A stretch of 64,000 nucleotides of DNA, taken from contig CM120640.1 of assembly GCA_051362555.1 (NCBI GenBank), forward strand, positions 31,887,967 through 31,951,966, read 5' to 3'. Position numbers and translations under genes: made by a program. Under the pieces are notes generated by a model that was given only the letters and a program-made list of their open reading frames with translations, had not been told where the DNA came from and did no database searches. Of the stretch, positions 50,616 to 64,000 are shown one piece after another; position 1 is the first letter of the stretch, and each line of letters starts with the position of its first letter. This DNA comes from Lingula anatina (Eukaryota; Animalia; Brachiopoda).

Positions 50616-50785
50616 TTAAGTGCAAACAACAAATGGCTTTTTTTTTTTTTTTTTAGGTATAAAAGTAGACTTCCAGTAAGTGGTACAGTACTAATCTAAA
50701 TACTACTTAAAACTTTTCACAGATCCTCAAAGTATAATTAAGGTACTAATGTATAAGATAAGGACACACACCACAATGTAGACAA

Positions 50786-53700
50786 CTAGCTCCAGTTTGA
50801 GTATGATGATGATGTTGTTGCTGTGCGCCGAGATGCTCGAGTGCGAGGCAGGGTTCCGTAATGAGCAGCCTGAGGAACAAACAAGGGGAACAAACAAAAA
50901 TGAAAAAAAAGTTTTAAAAATCCTGGAGGTAATCTACAAACCTTGTCCCAAAATGCACAAATATGAAAACATACCTCAGCAAGTCATGCCCTAGTTCATG
51001 AAAAGGAATTAGTTAAAGTAAACATTTCATGATGTTAAGTCAATATCTAATATCACAGCATGCCTTAAATATTTCATCTAGAAATATTCAATTCATCCAA
51101 AAAACATGGAAAATACATGCAATCTATGGTGACCATCTCAAGATTTCTTTGCTTAAATTTCAAAGTACAAAAATATAACAATAAATTTCTGCAAAGATCC
51201 AGCCTAAAATAATATGTATATTAAAGATTCAAAAGAGTTCTTTCATGTTTTTTTTCTGGTTTTATGATAAAAAATGGTTTGTAACATAAGTCATATAAAA
51301 AAAAAAAAAAGACAAAAGGAAAGCCGTTACAAAATCCTATACAAGAATGTATTATCTAAAATACATTCTTGAGATGGTCCCCCACTTTCGCAGCAGTGGA
51401 GTTGCAGTATACCATTGTTCATTTGGTTGAGCCTTCTGTGAAAGATTTTGACTTTCGTGTGATCCTTCGCAACTGGAAACGTGCAGCTGACAGTTCTGTT
51501 GGGGCCTTGGGTGAACAAAATCTTCATCTATAATTTTTGCATTCTTCTTAATATGTAAAGACTGGGTCTGAAGTTTGTGGCATAGGGCATTTTCATTATG
51601 ACTTTTTGGGAATTTAATTTGTAAGATTTAAAGAACAAGGCAGCAAAGCTGTTAAATGGACAGAAATAAAACTGACAACAGAAGTGACATTAAGACAGAC
51701 TTAAGTCTTATTATGTATTACTCTTACTCTGGACATCAGAAAAAATAACTACCAATGGGCTCTTTTTACATGGAAAGTCAAGCACAAACCTGGAAAATAC
51801 TAAGTTGTTAAAAATTAAATTTCACAAAAACTTTTAAGCCTTAAAAACTATAATCCAATCAGGCTGTTTTTCAAACTCAAAATATATTTTGGTGCTTTAA
51901 ATTATACCTGTAAGTTTGAAACTAATAAGTAAAATTTATCCTTTTATGGTATTTCGAGTAAAAATTTAAGGAAAATGCACCATGGGAGATGATGACCATA
52001 ACGGACACAAGTAATGACCATATGTACAGACATAAAGTGTCTGTCCATAAAAAGAAATAAATAAAATTTCACAATTGTCCAAAAAGAGGTGTATTAATTG
52101 CTTTTACAAGCATTTTTATCAGAAATTTTGGTCCATGTCAAAGCAATTGACACCCTTACACTAAAACTGAAGCCCAATCTTTACACATGGAAAACTTCCA
52201 GTGCAAAATCACATTCAACAAAATTGAAACTTAAGGTTTATCAAATAATAAATATATGAAATAATAAAATTCTTCTCTTTTTTTTCTAATTCATGTTGTG
52301 GGAGACAATGCTTAAATTAAAAGCTGTGAGGAAAAATACAACTCAAAAACAGTATAAAGCCTAGGTTACATTTGCCGTGCAATGTCCCTGCTGTGCCCAC
52401 ATACCCCTTTTTGTGCTGTGTCCATAGGCAGGCAGTGGCAATACAAAATCACACCATTTCATGGTATCTTAAGCCTCCACAATTTTGTCAAGCAGAAACT
52501 TTTTAACAAATTTTAACATCCTAGATTTGTGGAGCATAACTATATAATAGATGGCACAACTTCACTTTCTGTATAGACAATGTTGTGATGGTGATAATAG
52601 TCAAACCTATTGTTGATCTCTATCGCTTCCACTTTTTGTGGTTTTAGGAGGCATGACAGTGAAGACGTTTAAAACTTAGTGCAATTCACTTGTATAAATT
52701 GGAATTTATGCATTTCCTTTTTCGTACCAAGTGGGCACTAAAACACAAGGGGAACTGCAACTGAAAGGGCTGTGTATGATCATTTTTCAACTGACAAACT
52801 GATTTTTCTCTACCTGACCTCAAGGTCATGTCGGAAAAATAGCATGACACCCAAACATTATGTAAAAATAATGGCAGTATCCACTTACTCCAAAAAATGG
52901 CACGCAATATTGTATATGATTTCATCATACAATGCCTATGGCAAATGTAATCTAGGTGTAAGGCTGACGAATGATACCAAATATACATCAAAAAGAACAA
53001 TGAAAGCAATAACATTGGGATAAAGCAATGAAAATTTTTGTTTCATACTAAAAATAAATGTATAGCATGAGGACCATCATAGAATGGTGGACTTAATTAC
53101 GATTATTAAGCTTAGTATCAACTGTTCAAAGGAATTTCTTAGGTCATATTTGTATCACACCATAAATTTTTCCCAATTGGAAAAAAAATGATCAAAAAAT
53201 TTCAAAATGTTGAACAGGTGGTGTAATTCAACCGATCACACTAGATTTTTTTTAAATTGGTTTTGTGTAAGCTACACTGTAGCAGAGCAAAACAACACAT
53301 AAAACTAGTAACACCATGGAAGCAGCCAACCATTCATTAATCTGTATATCATCCAACATGATCACGGTACTTAAAACCAAACATCACCCATCTCTGGGGC
53401 TTCTTTCAGTCTGTAGAAAAAAAAAAAAAAAAAACATTCTCATACTTGTTCCAAGAAAAAAATGAGCTCACCTCTTTGTGGGAATACTTGGAAGTCCTTG
53501 ATCTGAGTTGTGTGTCGCGTGTGGTGATAACATCATCTTGGCCTGCTTAGATCAAAATAAAAAGATTATTAACATCTACTTTCTGAACTCAAGTTTAAAT
53601 AACATAAAGCAAAGAAGCACCTGAATAATCTTGTGAGGTATATATGTGAAAATCATTTCCTCCAAAGGGACACCAAAGTATGGACTAATCTCAAATAACA

Positions 53701-54088
53701 TGCAAAAAGGCAATCAATGTTGTATAACTTAATTGTCCGTAGCCTTGAAAAAATTCTTATCAAGGCCTGAGTGGTGTGTCACACGCTAAAACTTTTTGTC
53801 ACCACCAAAACCTAGAATGTTTAACTAATATTACCAAACTGAAGATCAATCCAAAAACCACATGTGACAATGCTATCAAATGTGTAGAACTGAATAGTCT
53901 GCGGCCCGAAAAAAACTGACATGCAATCTTAGCAGTTGATCTCTTGCCAACATGCAAACTCTTTGCAAATAACTAAAACATGTGAAAATGAACTTTGGTT
54001 CCACAGTATTTTCCATTTTGGAACAGTCATTTCCCCCTGTTAAACAAGACATCTTATCCCATCTTACAATAAGGAAACTAGCAAAAAA

Positions 54089-54127
<39 letters not shown>

Positions 54128-57100
54128 ATTGACCAAAAAATCTTGCTTTTAAAATAATGCTAAAAGAATGCTGTAGAATATTCCCCAAATATCAGTTTTT
54201 TTGGTCTACTGTTGTCCCCTTTTCGGTGAATGATACCCCCTTCAGTCTCCTTATCATTAATTCATACAAAATTTCTGTCAAGTGTACTACAGGAGAGTAA
54301 CAAGTTGCACCTAGTCGAACATTTTGTATCCATTATTATCATATCTCCATTATCTACCAATGAAAAACTGCATCCAGGGTAACAAGACACAATAAGGCTT
54401 CGTTCACATGCAATGTCTATTTTCTATTTTCGGTATGTCTTATGATCACGGTCTGTGCACTGAATATCCCGCCGCGTAATTACTGGCAGCGCGAGCCAGT
54501 TACTTATAGTAACTTATAGTAACTGGCTCGCGCTGCCAGTAATTACGCGGCGGGATATTCAGTGCACAGACCGTGATCATAAGATAGCGCGAATAGAAAA
54601 TAGAATTTAGAAAATAGACATTGCATGTGAACGAAGCCTAAGGAACTGAGCAGGTTATGGGCTGAACAAGCCATGCAACTGGATCGATTTTTTTGACAAA
54701 ATTGGCATCAGTAGGATTGTCAAACATATGGTCACATCAGCATTAAGTAAGCTATCAATAGATAAAAGAAAGTACAAGACATTTATCTTTAGATTTCAAC
54801 TCAATCTTCAACTAACAATGGAGTTTTCGACAATGTCAAACACCTCCCAAAGAGCTTTCAGTAATGTTTTGAGGGCATGGTACTAATAGTATTATATTAA
54901 ATCTACTCCCCCTTAGAATCTTTGTTGAGTGAGTGAACTAAAGTAATGCACATAATCAATAACCACATCCTAAATTTTTTTAACAGTTTTTTGGTTTGGT
55001 TGGCAATAGCTGGTTATTTTTTTCCACAAAAATTTCAAAAACTCCAGGGTATTTAATGTGTCTCAAAACCCCCAAAATATCTCACGTATATACGCTCCTT
55101 GTAAACAGCTGAATAAGGCTGGATTCCCATATATAAACCTGTCGTAGTAGCAAGATTGATCAAACTCACAGGGGATTCTTGTTAAATTGCATTCAGTTGA
55201 AGCAGCTTAGATGTCTACCAGAGCCACTGAAGCTGCCAGGGGGGGGTAATTAACTTTCCTGCACGCTTTAACTGAATGCTATTTAGCGAGAATTCCCTTA
55301 GAGATAGATTGAAGATCCTGCTAATACAGTAAGGGTTATAGGAATGGTCCTAAAGATTATCATGCAGTTACTGTTAATGTTCAGAGGGATTCTGAGGCAA
55401 AAAGCATTTAAGGAACACCCACCACCGGCATTCCCTTTCTGCTGAAGCATTTCATTCTCTTTCCTACCCTCTCTCAGTCTCCTGTTAGCCTCTTCTCTCT
55501 CTTCAATAAGGCGATTATCTAGGTTATCTGGAGAATAAGGGGAAAACATACCTTCAATAGGCCATGATGCATTGCTTGAAAAAAAAAAAAAAAAAAAGGT
55601 TGCATCAGGGAAGTGGGCCCAGGGGCATTTTATCATGGAAAATAAGTGAATCAAGAATTGCGAAAAAAAGACAATCGGACCTCTATGCTAGTGACTGATG
55701 ATTCCTCAGTACATGTAGATATCTAAACAAATATTAAATTAAATGTGTTAACAAAAAGTAGTTGACAGATGTACAGCATTCTTTCTTTTCTCACTTTGCG
55801 TAGTTGACTATATAATTATGGAGGGATGTGGACTTTAGAAATGGTCATATAATGATATCATTTAAATTTTTTCCCAAAATTATATCCCCCATATAAAAAA
55901 AAATTTTTAAAAGGTCAAAGAAAGATGACTAAATCTGTCAACTGTGGATTTCAATTTATTAAGGGAAATTCAGTTTCACAATTTCTGTAGAACCTATAAC
56001 TAAAACTGAAAACATTTCAACACACACACATACACACACACATACACACACACACACAGCTTGAAAATGTTATTTAATTTCTAATCTTGAAAATATAATT
56101 TTCCTAAATATGAAGTAAATGCTTTCTTTTTTACTTGTGGAACATTGATAAAAGTTGCACAACTAAGAAGTGTCTCTATTTGGAGTTTAACAGCCATATT
56201 GGAAAATTCAGGTAAGCCTCCACATATATAATAACAGACACTATCATTCTCAACCAACACGACAAGTTAAGTGTACACGATTTTAAATCATTGTGTACTA
56301 GCTTTCCAGTTATGACACATGAATTCTGTAAACATATGTTATAATATACCTAATGCATTGTCATAAAACATAATAGTTTTCTTTCTTCTGTTAGACAACC
56401 GTCATCAGTCACAGGTCTATGAACTCAGATGAAGCTTACACCTGTAGCACATGACATTTTGCATGTACCACCCAGCTAGGGGATAATACATTTTTTTATC
56501 TTCCCTTTTTTTTTTATGCGTGTTTGCTTTTATAAGAGTTGTCCATCGAGAAACAAAATTCTTAGAAAACAGTAGAGATGAATGATGTTGGGTGTTTCTA
56601 ATGAGGCATATAAAGTATAATTTTGTACATCCAATTTAGTTCCAGTACACATAACCACTAGTTTTAACCCCAAAACATCTCGATCTTAAGGTTCGTTTTT
56701 TTTTTTTTTAACACTCAAAGGTAACACAAGAAGTTGACAGATAGAAGGAAGGGCCTGCAGGGACAAGTTTTCTGTTTTGTGTGCAATGTTGCATCTGGGT
56801 TCTGATATTTGGGAGACACGGAAACTTTCATCAACCCCCTCTCATACATACCGCCTGAAATCTGATAAATTTTTTTTTTGATGCGTCATTGAAATGATGT
56901 TTACAACAGTCATTACAAGCATGCACTGCGCAAAACAGGCCACTCATGGACAATTGAATGGATTCTTAAAAACTGAATTCTTACTTGAAAGCTGAAGAGG
57001 ACAAAAACTGCATTTTACTATGCACAAATAATTTTAATTTCTTTATGTTCCTGCTTGAAAATTCGTCACAATAATCTTTGTGCTCAGAAAAATTCAGCAT

Positions 57101-58627
57101 GATCCTTGTTTTAGTTTTTCAGTTATCTGTAATACTTGAGGTGGCGAAAAGCCGCCATTTTGTCTCTAGTGTTTTTAACATGTATGCATCCATAAAATCA
57201 CATTTCTCCCACTCCTCTTACATTTACACCCCATTTCCATAGATTAGATCGACCTACTTTAGATCGACCTAACTCCCTGGGGGTTCACGCTAAATAGCTG
57301 TCAGCCGGGCGGACATGAAAGTTAATTATCCCCTTTACAGCTTGTAGTAGGCGGGACGGACATTTAAGTCGGATTATCTGAAAGTAATCTAGTGAGACTC
57401 CCCGCGGGGATAGATCGATCTAAAATCTATGGGAACAGAGCCTTAAACATCCACTGAAATAGCTCAAATAAGTGCCAACAAACATATCTGAATACACATC
57501 ATGGTACATCTTCATGAATTACTGTACTAAAGGGAACAAAACACTGCTATTTCCAAGACACGCATATATGTGGTTCTGGGTCTTTGGGGTGAGTGAGAAA
57601 TGAGCTGCATATATGACGTGACAGTCTCTGTGGGGTTAATATCTGAGCATTTGATCCATTAACTGCATAACACTCAGTTCTTGATCCGAAGAAAAGAATG
57701 AGACATCATGTCAGAGGTTCTCGGCTGATTTGATATCCGATTGTGACAACATTGTTTACTTTTTCTGCCCTGGTTGATCATCAGATCAGACAAAGATAGT
57801 TATAGTGTAGTTTAGGATGTCTGTTTCTTCAGAGTGAATTTTGATAGAAAATGGAAACGGAAGGCTATTATTATCATCTGTTTTGTGTTATTCATTTCTG
57901 AGCTGCCTATTAACTATTCTTTTTTCTATATAATTACCAGACGCAGCTTGTCTAAAAAGTAGGCCACGTCGCATTTTGCAGGGATTTGAAAAACAAGTTT
58001 ACACAAAAGATCTGCATTTTTCAATAATCAACACAATCAAGAGTTCCAAATTCTAAACGTCACACCTAACACATTTTCCTGTCTCCATCATCTCTTTCCA
58101 AGTCTTCCAAGCTTATGATAATTTTATGTACATTCTATTATAATGACATTACTTTTCAAAGGCAATTTCATAAAATCTTTAGAAAAAAATCCACATTCCA
58201 ATAATATTATTGCAATTCTCCCATTTATACATTCCTCTTCCTTTTTTTCATACACTTACATCATGAAATTTCAGACAATTTTTGAAGTACTTCATCTTTT
58301 CATCTGTATACCTGATGAGTGTATCAACGACATTTCTTCTTACCTAACTCGTCCTCGTTATCAGGTATCACAGGGGGCACGTTGGGCCCTACGGCAGTGC
58401 TGCTGCCTTCTACAGACAAGTCACTCATGCTATAGCTCTTCTTGAGGTGATCTAATACTGCTCCATGGCCCTGAAGAAAAATCAAAATCAAAATATACCG
58501 AGTCCTTAAGTGGCTATAACAACACAACTTGATAAGCATTTTCTTTAATAAAAATGTTCCATGCAAAAAGCAACTTCTTTCACAAACCTGTTCATTATCT
58601 AAAATAAATAATTATTAATCAGGTTAG

Positions 58628-58676
<49 letters not shown>

Positions 58677-61166
58677 ATGATGTGGCAGCTTTGAATGGGT
58701 GCTTTTCTCCTAAAACAGATCTATACATCTTGTTATACCAGAAGTTAATTTAAAAACATAGCAAAACATTGCTGATTCAGGTTGTGCTGATAACCATATT
58801 GTGACAATTTTACACACTGCGCATGGATAATGACCCTCTGCTTCTAAACCTAATATCACACCCTTCTTTTGAACACAATGTCTGTCAATGTTCACTGTGA
58901 CTGAGGAAATCGGATTCATTGTCATGCCTTAGTGTAACAGGACACTTGAAAATAGATTCAAAGGATCGATCTTTTCTTGGATGAAATGCAATCAAACCAG
59001 TTTATCACTGTCACAATATGCTTTCATACTTTGAGGCCTTTTTTTAGTAGAGCTGGGTTGACCTTACTTGGCATGCACTACATAGAAGGGTATTTGATTA
59101 TGATTTCTAATTATAAACATACACATCTCTCTGTGTTCCTATTGTAATTGTATTTGATTTCAATGTTAATGGTCAGTTGTGTGCTGTAACATGGACTCTT
59201 CATAGTTTTAAATTAAAAACATCGACTGCTGAGATAGTATGAACTAAATTGGGCTGACTCATCTCTACTGGGAATAGGCCTTACTTAAGAACTTGTTTCC
59301 TTGATCACCTACAAAACAAGCACCAGTGAGCCCTAGTGAGGTCAACCCTGTCATATGGGGACAATAACAAAGCCAATTTCCAACTAGCAGCAATGACAGT
59401 CACAATTTAATACATCTTCCATGTAATGACAGTCCACGTATCAAACACATATCACACGACATGATGACAAAAATTTAGGTTTAAATGGGGAAAAGGTCTG
59501 TTTGATTCCGTCAAATCTAAATCGGAACACATTCAGACTGCTGGCATGATATATAATGTAATCCCCCCCCCCCCAAAAAAAAAAAAAATAAATAAATAAA
59601 AACATAGAAAAAAACCAATTATTAAAATACAGAGTAAACCCTTCTGACTAAATTGCTATTTTCTTTACAGTCATGATAAGCTCTCCAGTATTCAATTTTG
59701 ATAATCAACAGACTTACAAAGAATATGTGTGAGGCATCATCCTAGATTTATCATTTATCTACGAATATATTCAAATAATGCAAAACATATCACCCCGCAT
59801 TTCATTCACATTGGGTTAACAAAATGACTCAACCCTGGCTGAATAATTTTATTTGCTGTAACTCGATCATGCAATCATCTAACAAAAGATCTACCGTCAA
59901 TATTGTCTTGAATTCTTGGAAATGCATATAGAACCGATAGACTGCAGTCAGACTTGGGACTCATTTCCCTTCTCCCATTGTTTCCCTTGACCTACCATCC
60001 TTCAAATTTGACTACAAGCATACTTCAAAGGAAATGAGATCACTTGTAGCTATGCTAATTCAGTGTGATGTTACCTGTTGGTTGTTTAAGCATTCTTTTG
60101 GGCTGCTTGGGACATATTCAAACAGTAATTTCTTTGCAGTCATTATAGCAGAGAATGCAGTCCGACATGAATAATTCTTAATTATACCTTGAGCATTAAT
60201 TTCACTTTTCTAACAAAAAAAGAATAGCAGAAACATCTATATAGCTGGGATTTGTGACAAAACATAACAAATACCGAGAATGATTTATATGCTTTCTTGA
60301 AGTGTTAACTAAAATAATAATAAAATAATATATTAAATGAACATTTTTCTAAATTCTTTTTCATTGTTTTCATATTTACTGCCTTGGTTATACTAACTTC
60401 ATGCATTCAGTGCTATTATTCTCAGGCCTACCCAACTACCAGACTCGGCACCGAATGATCCTGAATTCACCGGTAGATCAGACCACACTACCCGTTTTCA
60501 AGGTTTGAGTCAGTACGCATTACACAGTATCATACCCTGAACAAATTTTGAGTGGTGATGTAACACTTTTCAACCCCGCTGAGAATCGTCACTATCACAT
60601 CCCGTACTAGGCAAGAGCGGTGTTGCGTCTGATACTGTGAAATGCGTACTGATACACACCTTGAAAACAGGTAGTGTGGTCTGATTTACCGGTGAATTCA
60701 GGATCATTCGGTGCCGAGTCTGGTAGTTGGGTAGGCCTGATTCTGATACATGTCTACAAGGCACAAAAAGTCCAGTGGTTAATCTGAAGATGTGCAAACT
60801 TCCCTTTTGAGTAATAACTGATTCACGAAACAATCACATGAAAAAGGCATTCTTTTGTTACCAAGTAGCAATCATGAACTACATAAGTCATCAAGTACAC
60901 AAATGTCAGTATGGTGTCAAAAACCATGTCTATCAACAGTCAACCACAGTGGCCTTGAGGTAACCAATTTTTACAGTGTCCACGGTGACCCTACTTCCAT
61001 GACAATGTTACATCCACTTATTTCCATGGTAATCTAGCCAGTGGCAACTTACCTTAAGGGCTGTCTGCACCACAACATTGCTTGCATAGGAGAGTCCCTT
61101 TGAGCCTACTGTGAGAATGGCACTGTAACCTTTGTCACTGGCCTGCTGGATGTAAGCATCTATTTT
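50786..61166 (-). CDS. Receptor expression-enhancing protein, REEP1-4 subfamily, 3' part; exons 61166-61053, 58470-58344, 55527-55468, 53542-53472, 50869-50786 (5' exons not in the window)
   Basis: KIDAYIQQASDKGYSAILTVGSKGLSYASNVVVQTALK|GHGAVLDHLKKSYSMSDL matches the REEP1-4 amphipathic helix and SxSMxDL motif. Phases are consistent to AAHYGTLPRTRASRR...NWS*. Confidence 0.85.
51634..52053 (-). mobile_element. Short Helentron/HINE element, same family as 6494-8369
   Basis: AACAAGGCAGCAAAGCTGT...ATGGACAGA at one end and ATGTACAGACA...TGTCTGTCCATAAAAA at the other. Confidence 0.7.
54396..54638. mobile_element. PIF/Harbinger-type palindromic MITE, family 2, TSD TAA
   Basis: GGCTTCGTTCACATGC...GCATGTGAACGAAGCC; TAA flanks; shares GATCACGGTCTGTGC...GCGTAATTAC.GGCAGCGCGAG with 50359. 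Confidence 0.9.
55117..55350. mobile_element. Palindromic MITE, family 1
   Basis: GGCTGGATTCCCATA...ATAGGAATGGTCC with TAA flanks; similar to 3267. Confidence 0.7.
57228..57442. mobile_element. Palindromic MITE, family 1 relative, reverse orientation
   Basis: CCATAGATTAGATCGA...TCGATCTAAAATCTATGGGAACAGAGCC-TTA. Confidence 0.6.
58631..58675. repeat. poly(A) tract
   Basis: About 45 A. Confidence 0.95.
60422..60740. mobile_element. Palindromic element with ~80-bp near-perfect TIRs (TCAGGCCTACCCAACTACCAGACTCGGCACCGAATGATCCTGAATTCACCGGT...)
   Basis: Arms are near-exact reverse complements; a second copy lies at 15521. Confidence 0.85.
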
Positions 61167-64000
61167 CTGAAGTCAGAACAGCCAATTATTGGTGACAATC
61201 GCAATTGATTTGATGCTCTATAAAATACTGAAATATCTAAATACCTTTTAATCTAGCTTATTACTGAATATGAGAACTTGTTGGTAATACAGTATAAGGA
61301 ATTCAAATTCTAACAGTGAAATGGAGAAAGGTAAAGCCATCTGTTACAAAACTGTTGATGCTTAATTTTCAAAGCTCATCCTTCCAACAACTCTGCAACT
61401 GGGTGATCATTTGTCCCATACAATCTACTATATTCAACAATTTTATGTTAGTATTTGACCTTCCTTTTATAATGGAATGAAACCAAATATGCACAAAATT
61501 GCACCAAAGCTTTACATTATAAAAGTTTGTGTTCAGAAAGGTCACATATTATGACAGGTGCAAGGCCCACGCAGATTCCACATCCACATGTAGGGCATTG
61601 AAAAAAACCATCAGTACAATCAGTGACCTTAGATGTCTCTTTCTGCTTGGTCTAAAAGGTTGGAAACTGGCCAATATGCAAAATAGAATTACAGCTAGCT
61701 TTTATCTACACTGCATGTTCAACTAACTCTTTGCTTTGAATACGAAAAATGGTAATTGTATACTGCCTAAAAATATTTTAATCGAACAGGGGAATAGCAG
61801 TGTTGTTCCATTTCATCTAAAAATGGCAATTAAATAGTTAATGTAGGCTCTAAAAATGCATTCATTCATGTCAACTATGGTGTGTTATTATAAAATAGAA
61901 ATGGCAGTGCTTAACAAAAAAAGGTTCACGATATTTAAAAACTCACTTGTTCACGCTTTGTCAGCTGAGGATGCACAAACTTCCTATACAATATACTTGA
62001 GCCTTTGGTGGCAGGTGACAAAAGCCACAGGACAAATACAATTTTCGCCTCATAATAGAATGGAACCCTGCAATGACAAAGATTTATAAGCAATAAATCA
62101 AACAAAGGGCATTAATGTTGTGTGCCCAACAGAAGGGTTAATTTATTGTAGACTGTGAAGGTCACCACCTCAAGTGTCCCCTTAGCAAGTGCTGCCATCT
62201 GGTGAACTTCATATCAACATGTGTAAACGACCAGACGTGATGATTAACATAATGTTATTCTAAAGTGCCATTTCAAGACACGTACACCTGCCAAACCTGG
62301 CATTCTGGTTATGGAATCTACAGGTGCTTATTTCTCTCACTGAATAATGACTTTTATAAATAGGCATTTAATAGTTCATGCTTATTGCATGTTGGGCACA
62401 ACATATGCATATATACATAAAGCAAAAGTTGCTAAATGAAAAATCATGTGAAATGAGAATGTGGATCAATTTTGATTTGTCGCATTAAAACACACATCAA
62501 CACAGTACTCTGTCATACCCAGCACATCGTATGAAGACGACCTCCAGTGTAACAGTTCTTTGCAATATATCGATAATGGAAATACAGTTTAAATGGCATT
62601 GGCTTCAATCAGCATCTCTGCACTGTAATTTCCCTAATGTATACAGCTAGCACATAATTTATCACAGATATCAATATTTCCACCAAATGGTGATTAAAAT
62701 AGTTTCTGCTTAGAGTAGTGCTCATGGCGTCTAAAGGACTGCTATATTCAATATTTATAAGAAGATGGTGACACACTTCTCAGTTCTATGATGAACATCT
62801 TCACTTTGATCTTTTATACTTCATGTTTTTCACTTCAAATATTAATAGGGAATCCATGACCAGGTTTTATAAGTGTGATATAAATCTAACACCATAAAAT
62901 ATTTTTGAAAAAAAATAAATAAATAAAATAAAATAAAAACAATTAATAAGTGCACAGTAAATGACTATGGTGAGGAGCAGAGGCAGCAGTGGATCAGAGG
63001 TCAAAACACAAACCTTCTCCCTCACATGGAATAATTTAAAATTCTCTGTTACCCAAAAAGCTGAACGAATTGCAATCTATTTATTGGTTGTAAAATCGCA
63101 GGGGAGCACTGCTTCCGTGTGTAATTACCATTTCTTCAGCAGTTCACTTCAAAGAACCAAGAATAATGTTCCAAATAAATTGTATTCCCTTATGTATTTT
63201 CATGCATGTTGGTTGGTACTTATGTTCTATCCACAATTCTTTGGGTATGCTGAATCAATATGATAGACAATTGTGTGTAATATTAAGAAAGCATTCCCAC
63301 AAATGCTATTTAAAGCTAAAAGTCCAAAACAAACCAGGAAAATGCCCTCTTATCGTCCATTTAAAAGGAGAGGTAAAGTTTGATTGTGAGCTCCACAAGG
63401 TAGCACATTTTAACAATCAGTATCTCATCCATTACCGTTCAAATTCAGTACATGGTTGGCTTCTGATAAAAAATTAACCCAACATTCTTGTAATGAGTCT
63501 TTGAAGTAAATAAATCAAAATAAAGATAGCTGTGTTCTTTGCTTACAGTAATGTGAAATATAAATCTCATATAATGAATCAGATCTCTTTTATAATTCAT
63601 CATTCACCCCCACTGCTAACGTGATAACAATATATGGAAAGATGAAACCTTCAAGAGTTCACAGGAACAGAAAATCATTTTCATATCCATAATATACTGA
63701 CCATACACAATGAAAGATGGTGTCAAGTCATATACTTTTTTCTAGAGGAAAAATTAAAATTGGTGCAGAAATCTTGTACGTGATACCTTTAAAATGAACA
63801 TTTTCCATGCTGATTTTTGACAGTTTTGTTGAACCTGTGTGAATTCTTGGAGCTGTTTTTTGGAAAATATTTTTTGCTGTAAATCTTATTACTGGTTTAG
63901 TTCAAAATTTGTATAAAAATATCCAGTAATCTGGCTACAAGAAGTTATTTCTAGAGCAAATCCTGGTTAATACACCTTTCTTTTTAAATTTATTTATATC

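Noticed and set aside
62517-62622. Candidate upstream REEP exon
   Set aside because: All frames hit stops and none encodes the expected transmembrane-hairpin motif.

Overview
AT-rich, intron-rich animal genomic DNA, probably a marine invertebrate (lophotrochozoan-like repeats; inference). Almost all entries in the ORF track are noise or single exons, so genes were rebuilt by hand from GT-AG splice sites with phase checks. Left to right: (1) a 9-exon divergent Ser/Thr protein kinase on - (5350-10112) with an E-box/CCAAT/CRE cluster upstream; (2) a tRNA-Gly pseudogene missing its anticodon loop; (3) gene A (+, 17492-20401); (4) an NF-YA-family gene (-) head-to-head with (5) SNRPG/SmG (+); (6) gene B (-, 31522-39877), an inverted paralog of A; (7) the 3' half of a REEP1-4 gene (-). 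The most interesting observation is genes A and B. They encode 387 and 488 aa proteins with an N-terminal LLxxLL motif, a coiled-coil exon that aligns without gaps to the CLOCK exon-19 (Delta19) segment as I recall it, and a Q-rich tail, but I found no bHLH or PAS exons. They are candidate DNA-binding-less CLOCK-like clock modulators. The window also holds many non-autonomous DNA transposons: Helentron-type elements (one with 10 x 146-bp repeats), Harbinger-like palindromic MITEs, a MITE with a 9-bp TSD, and a 1.26-kb element whose empty site survives in a nearby duplication. No database searches were run.
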